Shown in pieces: positions 1-8,733 of a DNA stretch of 11,108 nucleotides. The notes under the pieces were generated by a model that saw only the letters and a list, made by a program, of their open reading frames with translations, ran no database searches and was not told the origin of the DNA. The stretch spans positions 1 to 11,108 of the forward strand of contig WFME01000034.1 of NCBI GenBank assembly GCA_020137815.1, in the 5' to 3' direction. The position numbers and the translations under genes were made by a program. How positions within the stretch are numbered: position 1 is the stretch's first letter; every line of letters starts with the position of its first letter. The DNA is from Hormiphora californensis. Taxonomy: Eukaryota > Animalia > Ctenophora.

Positions 1-2230
1 TGACAAACTACCAGTGCTTTTTTCCCCTTCAACCCAACCCTAAGGGTTTGGAGAAACCCCTTTTTAAAAAAAACCCCGGCATTTGTGCATGCCCCTTAAA
101 AACATTAGGAATGCCCTTTAAAAAATACCTTTTATGCAATCCCTTAAAAACCCCATGCTATTATGAACCCTGTGACAAAACCCCCCCAGTGGAAAACCCC
201 CCCCAAAAAACATTAAGTGGTTTGGGGGGGCACCTCCGGGCTTAAAGCCCAAAACCCCCCAAAAACCCCCATTAGTGCGATCCCCTTTGAAAACCCCCAA
301 CTTTTGTGGCCGGGAGTTTTAAAATTTAAAAATTTTTAGGCAACCCCTTAAAACTTAGGTTTTGGGCCGGCAAAAAAAAAACCCTCTATTCCGGTTAAAA
401 AATTTCCCCCCCTTTTTAAAACCCCTTTCCCCGGGTAATAGTTTCCCCTTGAAAAATTTTTTTTTAAAAAAAAGGGAAAAAACCAAATTATAAAAGGTTT
501 TTTTTAAAAAAAAGGCTTTATGGATCCCCTGGACAAATTGTGTTTTTTTTCAAACCCCCGGAAAAACTTTAAACCGGGATTTCAGTCCCTTAAAAACAAA
601 CCCCTTTAAAAAGGGGGAAAATTACCGTGTTTGTGGGGAAAAAACCCCCCAAGTGTATTAGTGGTCCCCCCAAAAAAAAAAGTGCGGGGCCCCCTGTTAG
701 AAAACGCCCGGGGGGAACAGACCCCTTTAAAAACCAATAAGGGATTATGCAACCCCGTGCCCAAAATTTAAAGTCCCTTATTTTAAAATTTTTTGGGGGG
801 GGGGGGCCCGGGAAAAAAAAAACTAGGGGGGGAAAAAAAAATTTTTTTGGAAGGGTTTTTAAGAAAAAAATTCCACCCAAAAATTTTTTGGGGGGGTTTT
901 GAAAACTTCCAGTTTTGGGAGATGCCCCTGTAACAACACTTCCGTGCATTTTTCCCCTTCCCCCAAAAATTTTTCCCCATTCAAACCCCTTTTCCCCAAA
1001 AAACTTACCATGCTTTAGGCAAACCCGGAAAAAAACCCTTTTTTGCTTTTTTTGGGAAAAAACCCCCCAAAGGTTTTAGGGGCCCCCCCCGAAAACACTC
1101 CATGATTTAAACCCCCTTTAAAAAAACCCTTAAAAGTCCCCTTGGCCCCCCTGTAACAAACCCCCAGGCCTTTGTTTGGGTTTGGCCCCTTAAAACACTT
1201 ACCCGGCATTAAGTGCAGATGCCCCTGTACGCCATCAACACTTTACCATGGCTATTAGTTCGTGATTCGCCCCTGTAAAAACATCTTAGCCAGTGGCTAC
1301 TTAGATACAGATTGCCCCTGTGAACCAACGACCCTTACCAGTGCTATTATCAGTGCAGATGTAGCCTCCTCGAGTCACCTGGGTAGACTACACTTTACCT
1401 AGTGCTAATTGTTGCAGATTAGCCTATTTTCCTATAGAACACCACTTCAAATTTGCTGATGCATTTTGCAGCGAACGTACTGTCTGGTCTGTCCCTTTAT
1501 CAGACATAAACTTACCCAGTTGCTATTAGTGCAAGATCGCCCCATGTAACAACACTTACCATGTGCTATTATAGCAGATCCCCTGTGAGCCAGACACTTA
1601 CCTACCATTGCTCTTATTTCGAGTGCCCATGCACTGTTCTCTCTCCCCTCGTATAGGTCATACACTTAGCCATTGCATCGCTTAGTGCAGATCTGCCCCC
1701 TGTAGAACCTAAATCACTTAACCACTATGGCCTATTTATAGTGCATTCTTTTCATGCCCTGGTAGAACAAACACTACGCAGGTTCTTGCCTTATTAGTGC
1801 AGATGCCCCCTGTAGCACACACTTACCAGATGCTATTAGTGCAGATGCCCCTGTAGACAACACTTACCAGTGCTATTAGTGCAGATGCCCCTGTAACAAC
1901 ACTACCAGTGCTATTAGTGCAGATGCCCCTGTAGACAACACTTACCAGTGCTATTAGTGCAGATGCCCCTGTAGACAAACCACTTACCAGTGTCTATAGT
2001 GCAGATTCCCCTTTAGCAACACTTACCATGCTATTTAGTGCAGATGCCCTCTGTAACCAATCACTGTACAGCGTGCACTTGTGCATAGTCCCCCGTAATA
2101 CAACCTTACCAGTGCTTTATTGCACGATGCCCCTGTAACAACACACTTCCCAGTGCTATTAGTGCAGAGGCCCTGTAACCAACCTTACCAGTGCTATTAG
2201 TGCGATGCCACCCTGTATCTGTAATCCCAA
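1..2230. repeat. Degraded continuation of the same 40-bp minisatellite
   Basis: Clear units at 1790-1990, indel-rich units at 1200-1790 and 1990-2230. In 1-1200 only remnants survive (e.g. ACTACCAGTGCT at 7-18, GATGCCCCTGTAACAACACTT at 921-941) amid inflated homopolymers. Confidence 0.85.
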
Positions 2231-2450
2231 CACTTATCCGCCAATCGGCCTCTTCGTCTCGTGCGCCCTCGAGGATCAGTGCCTGCTTCTATTGAGCCCA
2301 TGCGCGGATCTCCCTCCGTCTCAGTCCGCTCCTCGTTGCATACGCGGCTGAAGGCGACCTAATAAGCAGAGCGAGGCTGTGCTCTCAACGAGTACGTCCA
2401 ATCCCCTTCCCACTTCTGCCTAGCTGCCTGATTAAGGATCGAAAAACGTG

Positions 2451-5057
2451 AACTCTTACCGTGGCACTATAGTGGCAGATGCCCCTGTAGACAACACTTA
2501 CCAGTGCTATTAGTGCAGATGCCCCTGTAGACAACACTTACCAGTGCTATTAGTGCAGATGCCCCTGTAGACAACACTTACCAGTGCTATTAGTGCAGAT
2601 GCCCCTGTAGACAACACTTACCAGTGCTATTAGTGCAGATGCCCCTGTAGACAACACTTACCAGTGCTATTAGTGCAGATGCCCCTGTAGACAACACTTA
2701 CCAGTGCTATTAGTGCAGATGCCCCTGTAGACAACACTTACCAGTGCTATTAGTGCAGATGCCCCTGTAGACAACACTTACCAGTGCTATTAGTGCAGAT
2801 GCCCCTGTAGACAACACTTACCAGTGCTATTAGTGCAGATGCCCCTGTAGACAACACTTACCAGTGCTATTAGTGCAGATGCCCCTGTAGACAACACTTA
2901 CCAGTGCTATTAGTGCAGATGCCCCTGTAGACAACACTTACCAGTGCTATTAGTGCAGATGCCCCTGTAGACAACACTTACCAGTGCTATTAGTGCAGAT
3001 ACCCCTGTAGTTAACACTTACCAGTGCTATTAGTGCAGATGCCCCTGTAGACAACACTTACCAGTGCTATTAGTGCAGATGCCCCTGTAGACAACACTTA
3101 CCAGTGCTATTAGTGCAGATGCCCCTGTAGACAACACTTACCAGTGCTATTAGTGCAGATGCCCCTGTAGACAACACTTACCAGTGCTATTAGTGCAGAT
3201 GCCCCTGTAGACAACACTTACCAGTGCTATTAGTGCAGATGCCCCTGTAGACAACACTTACCAGTGCTATTAGTGCAGATGCCCCTGTAGACAACACTTA
3301 CCAGTGCTATTAGTGCAGATGCCCCTGTAGACAACACTTACCAGTGCTATTAGTGCAGATGCCCCTGTAGACAACACTTACCAGTGCTATTAGTGCAGAT
3401 GCCCCTGTAGACAACACTTACCAGTGCTATTAGTGCAGATGCCCCTGTAGACAACACTTACCAGTGCTATTAGTGCAGATGCCCCTGTAGACAACACTTA
3501 CCAGTGCTATTAGTGCAGATGCCCCTGTAGACAACACTTACCAGTGCTATTAGTGCAGATGCCCCTGTAGACAACACTTACCAGTGCTATTAGTGCAGAT
3601 GCCCCTGTAGACAACACTTACCAGTGCTATTAGTGCAGATGCCCCTGTAGACAACACTTACCAGTGCTATTAGTGCAGATGCCCCTGTAGACAACACTTA
3701 CCAGTGCTATTAGTGCAGATGCCCCTGTAGACAACACTTACCAGTGCTATTAGTGCAGATGCCCCTGTAGACAACACTTACCAGTGCTATTAGTGCAGAT
3801 GCCCCTGTAGACAACACTTACCAGTGCTATTAGTGCAGATGCCCCTGTAGACAACACTTACCAGTGCTATTAGTGCAGATGCCCCTGTAGACAACACTTA
3901 CCAGTGCTATTAGTGCAGATGCCCCTGTAGACAACACTTACCAGTGCTATTAGTGCAGATGCCCCTGTAGACAACACTTACCAGTGCTATTAGTGCAGAT
4001 GCCCCTGTAGACAACACTTACCAGTGCTATTAGTGCAGATGCCCCTGTAGACAACACTTACCAGTGCTATTAGTGCAGATGCCCCTGTAGACAACACTTA
4101 CCAGTGCTATTAGTGCAGATGCCCCTGTAGACAACACTTACCAGTGCTATTAGTGCAGATGCCCCTGTAGACAACACTTACCAGTGCTATTAGTGCAGAT
4201 GCCCCTGTAGACAACACTTACCAGTGCTATTAGTGCAGATGCCCCTGTAGACAACACTTACCAGTGCTATTAGTGCAGATGCCCCTGTAGACAACACTTA
4301 CCAGTGCTATTAGTGCAGATGCCCCTGTAGACAACACTTACCAGTGCTATTAGTGCAGATGCCCCTGTAGACAACACTTACCAGTGCTATTAGTGCAGAT
4401 GCCCCTGTAGACAACACTTACCAGTGCTATTAGTGCAGATGCCCCTGTAGACAACACTTACCAGTGCTATTAGTGCAGATGCCCCTGTAGACAACACTTA
4501 CCAGTGCTATTAGTGCAGATGCCCCTGTAGACAACACTTACCAGTGCTATTAGTGCAGATGCCCCTGTAGACAACACTTACCAGTGCTATTAGTGCAGAT
4601 GCCCCTGTAGACAACACTTACCAGTGCTATTAGTGCAGATGCCCCTGTAGACAACACTTACCAGTGCTATTAGTGCAGATGCCCCTGTAAACAACACTTA
4701 CCAGTGCTATTAGTGCAGATGCCCCTGTAGACAACACTTACCAGTGCTATTAGTGCAGATGCCCCTGTAGACAACACTTACCAGTGCTATTAGTGCAGAT
4801 GCCCCTGTAGACAACACTTACCAGTGCTATTAGTGCAGATGCCCCTGTAGACAACACTTACCAGTGCTATTAGTGCAGATGCCCCTGTAGACAACACTTA
4901 CCAGTGCTATTAGTGCAGATGCCCCTGTAGACAACACTTACCAGTGCTATTAGTACAGATACCCCTGTAGACAACACTTACCAGTGCTATTAGTGCAGAT
5001 GCCCCTGTAGACAACACTTACCAGTGCTATTAGTGCAGATGCCCCTGTAAACAACAC
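2451..5057. repeat. 40-bp minisatellite, near-perfect part (~65 copies), unit CCAGTGCTATTAGTGCAGATGCCCCTGTAGACAACACTTA
   Basis: Exact 40-bp period from 2481 to 5040 (64 units) with rare variants at 3001, 3011-3012, 4690, 4955, 4961 and 5050. There are no spacers. The last unit overlaps the 3' end of exon K2. Confidence 0.99.
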
Positions 5058-5144
5058 GGTGATTTCTTCCTGTTAAGCAACTCTCAGTCCTCAAGTGACA
5101 CTCGTTGTAGTACGTTTTACCGTCGCTACACACACAGCGTGTTT
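5022..5144 (-). CDS. Exon K2: remainder of the Kazal domain completing the follistatin domain begun in F2
   Basis: TACTTTCAG| acceptor, KHAVC[G]SDGKTYYNECHLRTESCLTGRNHRVVYRGICTNST, then G|GTAAGT donor. One G must be restored near 5129 (123 nt seen, 124 expected). Joined to F2 it gives C-NSD-C-PVEKHAV-C, the canonical Kazal C-x3-C-x7-C spacing. Confidence 0.88.
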
Positions 5145-5178
5145 CTGAAAGTAGTATAGTGAGAGGAGACCCCTTTTA

Positions 5179-5201
5179 GCTGCCACACACAGCGTGTTTC
5201 T
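5179..5201 (-). repeat. Intronic duplicate of the first 21 nt of exon K2 with its own AG acceptor
   Basis: TTTCCTCTAG|AAACACGCTGTGTGTGGCAGC TAA encodes KHAVCGS-stop, 55 bp upstream of the true exon start. Confidence 0.85.
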
Positions 5202-5508
5202 AGAGGAAATGACGCGGTTTTTGGGTCACAGCGTGGATCGCAAAGCACTTATATGGAGCTGAAGACGTCTGACATAGATCAGTCGAAAGCTCCTGTTCTT
5301 AATTGAATATTAGTACTGCAAAATCGTTGTTTCTCTTATATGGAGTCACATGGCCGTTCATTGTGGTTGATTAGGATCGCAAATGAAGCAATTTTGAAGT
5401 GTGTTGCTTTAAAGTTTTTCCCTTTGGTTACCGTTAATAAGTAAATAACTAATTCTTTATCTAATTAGTAAACAACTAATTAGTCAACAAATTATCAGCT
5501 AATAATAC

Positions 5509-5610
5509 CTCGACAGGGCAGTCGCTGTTACAGACACACGTTGGTCCTCTCCTCCTCGTGTTTCTACACACTTGTCCCCAGGGGCATGTTATCATACTAC
5601 ACTTCGTCCT
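5509..5610 (-). CDS. Exon F2: follistatin N-terminal (FOLN, EGF-like) module plus the first two Kazal cysteines
   Basis: (CT)nCTACAG| acceptor, then a 102-nt open frame RTKCSMITCPWGQVCRNTRRRGPTCVCNSDCPVE, then a phase-0 |GTATTA donor. The Cys spacing C-x4-C-x5-C-x9-C-V-C-x3-C is typical of follistatin domains. Confidence 0.88.
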
Positions 5611-5614
5611 CTGT

Positions 5615-5675
<61 letters not shown>
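5615..5675. repeat. (GA)n microsatellite; reads (CT)n on the minus strand and forms the polypyrimidine tract of exon F2
   Basis: About 30 GA units immediately adjacent to the CTACAG acceptor at 5616-5611. Confidence 0.95.
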
Positions 5676-5679
<4 letters not shown>

Positions 5680-5777
5680 CGAGATATAATAGTCAGAGAG
5701 AGCTCATAAGAGATCTCTCTCTCTCTAAGCTGCTAGCATCTTTCTCTATATCTAGCTGATATACTCTCTCTTCCTCC

Positions 5778-5935
5778 CCGTAGACAGGGCCCCATAATGT
5801 TTGAAGACAACATTGCTTTTTGTCTCACATGAGGATCGTCTCAGATGGCAGACAGTCTGATACGTCCTGCCATCAGATCCACAAACTTGTCGAGTTGCGT
5901 GATCCTCGCAACTTTCTAAACATCGTTCCCTCTCT
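5778..5935 (-). CDS. Exon K1: complete Kazal domain
   Basis: Acceptor ATTTCAG|A (phase 2, completing CC+A = Pro from the K0 donor), then ERERCLESCEDHATRQVCGSDGRTYQTVCHLRRSSCETKSNVVFKHYG. Removing one base from the G-run at 5790-5793 gives PCL and supplies the sixth Cys. The donor is not legible, so the end coordinate is approximate. Lies inside ORF 5752..6045. Confidence 0.85.
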
Positions 5936-6732
5936 CTGAAATATTGGGTCAACTTTAGTTTTTCAGGACTTCCTCCTCTGAAAATTGGGGGAGTCACTGT
6001 GATTTCTCCAGGGTTTTCAAATCTCTCTGAAATATGGGGAGTCAACTTTATTTTTCAGGGTTTCCATCTCTCTGAAAAATTGGGGGAGTCAATTTAGTTT
6101 TCAGGGTTTCCCTCTCTCTGATCTCTCGCAATATTGGGGGAGGTCAACTTAGTTTGTCACGGGTTCCCTCTCTCTGACTTTGGGGAGTCAACTTTAGTTC
6201 TTCAGGTTTTCCCTCTCTCTAAATATTGGGGAGTCAACTTTAGTTGTCAGGTTTCCACTCTCTGAGATATTGGGGGGGAGTCACTTTTAGTTTTTCACAG
6301 GGTTTTTCCCTCTCTCGTGAGATATTGGGGGGTCAACTTTAGTTTTCAAGGGTTTCCATCTATCTGAGATATTGGGGGGGGGTCAACTTTTAGTTTCGGT
6401 TTTCCCCTCTCTCGGAGATATTGGGGAGTCAACTTTAGTTTTCAGGGTTTCCCTCTCTCTGAGATATTGGGGAGTCAACTTTAGTTTTCAGGGTTTCCCT
6501 CTCTCTGAGATATTGGGGAGTCAACTTTAGTTTTCAGGGTTTCCATCTCTCTGAAATATTGGGGGAGTCAACTTTAGTTTTCAGGGTTTCCCTCTCTCTG
6601 AGATATTGGGGGAGTCAACTTTAGTTTTCAGGGTTTCCCTCTCTCTGAAATATTGGGGGAGTCAACTTTAGTTTTCAGGGTTTCCCTCTCCCTCTGAAAT
6701 ATTGGGGGAGTCAACTTTAGTTTCCAGGGTTT
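5926..6732. repeat. 46-47-bp minisatellite, 17 copies, unit TTTCCCTCTCTCTGAGATATTGGGGAGTCAACTTTAGTTTTCAGGG
   Basis: Units counted by eye; cleanest at 6421-6730 (period 46-47) and noisier towards 5970-6420. The first unit overlaps the start of exon K1. Confidence 0.97.
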
Positions 6733-6931
6733 ACTTCTGATAGCTCCACTAAATAATATGCATGATACCACTTCTGCATATAAACGATCTGGGAGGAGGC
6801 TGATTTAATCCCAGTGCATGGAACAAGCTGGTGCAATATACCAGTTCCGATAGAAAGAATGAGGACCCTGTACAGGTTTGTGGGGAGTATAACAGTACAG
6901 TACACAAACTGCACAGTAAAGAATGCTGTAG

Positions 6932-8420
6932 TAGTCCAGGAAAAGTTCTAAAAAAATAGGCCAAATTTCGGCATTTCTGCATAAAAGCAAATTCCGGTTG
7001 ATTTTGGTCAATTCGAGTATGCTGATCACGACTATAAACTTTTAGTGAACTTTTTCGATGGGGAAAGTGGCTTAATTGGCCTTAATTGGCCTTAATTGTA
7101 AATGTGTCTAAAATATATTCTGCCTAGCTCAAAAAATCAGGAAGAATTCACTGATTATCGAAAAAAATATTTTCAGATTTTATTTGTGTCGAAAATAGGC
7201 GGAATTGGCCTAATTGGGCATAATTGGGTGTAATTACTAGAATTCAAAATGTATTCTGCATAGCTCAAAAAAATCGGGATAAATTCACTGATTATCGGAA
7301 AAATATTTTCAGATTTTATTTGTGTCGAAAATAGGCGGAATTTGCCTAATTGGGCATAATTGGGCGTAATTACTAGAATTTAAAGTTTATCAAAAATGAG
7401 TTTTATACAGCTTAAAAAATCGAGAAAAATAAGCTGATTATCAGAAAAATACTATTGGAATTCATTTTTGTCTCAATTAGACGGTAGAGCTAATTAAAAA
7501 CCAATTAACTCACCAAATTGATGATGCGTGACATAAATGAGCCTCAGGAATGAGAAATTCAACTTAAAAAGCTATTTCTTCACTAATTGTCCCCAAGGGT
7601 CTCTCCTAACACCACAGAAAATCCTAACATCCGGTGCGAGGACAACAGTTCATTTCCGGGGTATTGTACAAGCACATCATGTGCTGTGAGCGAGAAACTG
7701 AAAATCGTAAAAATCGGAGTTTTGGACCCGGAAAAAGATCGCACCGGATGTTAGGATTTTCTGTGGTGTTAGGAGAGACCCTTGGGGACACATTAGTGAA
7801 GAAATTAGCTTTTTAAGTTGAATTTCTCATTCCTGAGGCTCATTTATGTCGCACATCATCAATTTGGTGAGTTAATTGGTTTTTAATTAGCTCTACCGTC
7901 TAATTGAGACAAAAATGAATTCCAGTAGTATTTTTCTGATAATCAGCTTATTTTTCTCGATTTTTTAAGCTGTATAAAACTCATTTTTGATAAACTTTAA
8001 ATTCTAGTAATTACGCCCAATTATGCCCAATTAGGCAAATTCCGCCTATTTTCGACACAAATAAATCTGAAAATATTTTTTCCGATAATCATGAAGTTTT
8101 TTCCCGATTTTTTGAGCTATGCAGAAACTTTTGAATTCTATTTAATTACACCCAATTATGCCCAATTAGGAAATTTTTCCCCTATTTTCGACACAAAAAA
8201 ATCTGAAAATTTTTCCGATAATCATGATTTTTTCCTGATTTTTTGAGCAGGCAAATATATTTTGACCATTTACAATTAAGCCATTGGCCAATGCCCTTTC
8301 CCCTCGAAAAAGTTCCAAAAAGTTTTTATCGTGACCCAAATCTCGTTTTGCCCAAAAATCCCCCGGGAAATTTTGCTTTTATGCAAAATGCCGATTTTAA
8401 AAATGACGGGGCCGGGACTA
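6932..8420. mobile_element. Foldback/MITE-like non-autonomous element: ~0.7-kb inverted arms around a 99-bp spacer
   Basis: The left arm (~6964-7639) is the reverse complement of the right arm (7739-~8398), e.g. ATCCTAACATCCGGTGCGA versus TCGCACCGGATGTTAGGAT. The spacer is 7640-7738. The outer ends TAGTCCAGG (6932) and CCGGGACTA (8420) are also inverted. No transposase ORF. The inverted repeat is directly visible; the transposon call is inference. Confidence 0.65.
7110..7380. repeat. Two ~135-bp direct subrepeats inside the left arm (a more diverged third follows to ~7495; mirrored in the right arm)
   Basis: TATTCTGC(C/A)TAGCTCAAAAAA...TTCAGATTTTATTTGTGTCGAAAATAGGCGGAATT...TAATTACTAGAATT occurs at ~7117-7244 and ~7252-7380. 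Confidence 0.9.
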
Positions 8421-8426
8421 AAAAAC

Positions 8427-8461
8427 CTCACGCACAGGGCTGGGGCAGGCCCCTTAACTGC
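8427..8461 (-). repeat. Intronic duplicate of the 3' end and donor of exon K0
   Basis: GCAGTTAAGGGGCCTGCCCCAGCCCTGTGC|GTGAG versus exon GCAGTTCACAGGGGAGCCTGCCCCAGCCCTGTACC|GTGAG. Confidence 0.85.
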
Positions 8462-8462
8462 G

Positions 8463-8525
8463 GGTCCCTTATTGGCTGATAACCAGTCACGTGACCTAAA
8501 TAACGAGTTCTGATTGGTTGTTTAC
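8463..8525 (-). repeat. Short interspersed repeat with CCAAT-GTCACGTGAC-CCAAT core
   Basis: Minus strand reads GTAAACAACCAATCAGAACTCGTTATTTAGGTCACGTGACTGGTTATCAGCCAATAAGGGACC (pseudo-translation KQPIRTRYLGHVTGYQPIRD). I recall this motif as a high-copy repeat in Pleurobrachia bachei gene models; this is from memory and was not searched. Confidence 0.6.
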
Positions 8526-8529
8526 TCAC

Positions 8530-8655
8530 GGTACAGGGCTGGGGCAGGCTCCCCTGTGAACTGCAGTCACCGTGTTAGGGGCATTACAATTCCTCATTTT
8601 CAACAAACACATGTTAGTGTACGTCTCACCATTGTTCCCACACACAAAACTGTTC
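8530..8655 (-). CDS. Exon K0 of a follistatin/Kazal multi-domain protein (C-terminal part of a Kazal domain)
   Basis: Manual minus-strand translation gives NSFVCGNNGETYTNMCLLKMRNCNAPNTVTAVHRGACPSPV, matching the Kazal pattern VCGxxGxTYxNxCxLxxxxC...HxGxC. It ends CC|GTGAGT (phase-2 donor at 8529). The 5' boundary is uncertain: 8655 by analogy with the copy at 9717, or 8675 after TTCCTCAG if there is a 1-base error. Confidence 0.85.
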
Positions 8656-8681
8656 CGGAGGGAGGATTGTTACATCTGAGG

Positions 8682-8733
8682 AAGAGAAGAGAGAGGAGAG
8701 AAGGGAGAGAGAGAGAGAGAGGGGAGAGAGAGA
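8682..8733. repeat. GA-rich microsatellite; a pyrimidine tract on the minus strand upstream of exon K0
   Basis: Imperfect (GA)n run next to the minus-strand TTCCTCAG ending at 8676. Confidence 0.8.

Noticed and set aside
48-1665. Short ORFs rich in K, P, G and F
   Set aside because: They are translations of homopolymer-inflated or noisy copies of the minisatellite.
2230-2450. Unique GC-rich insert within the array
   Set aside because: It contains scattered remnants of the unit and no coherent ORF or termini; most likely a noise burst.
2451-5057. CRISPR array
   Set aside because: Units are head-to-tail with no unique spacers, there are no cas genes, and the unit derives from a eukaryotic exon end.
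5200-5258. Upstream extension of exon K2 reading LCDPRCDPKTASF
   Set aside because: It is preceded by an in-frame stop and is unnecessary, because exon F2 supplies the first two Kazal cysteines with canonical spacing and matching phase.
5541-5759. Plus-strand ORF with poly-RE
   Set aside because: It is the (GA)n microsatellite and the antisense of exon F2.
5700-5782. Resemblance to a PacBio hairpin adapter (ATCTCTCTC...TTCCTCC)
   Set aside because: The match is partial and low-complexity, and the flanks are not mirror images of each other.
6717-8513. ORFs in and around the inverted repeat as a transposase
   Set aside because: All are under 80 aa with no DDE or HTH-like motif.
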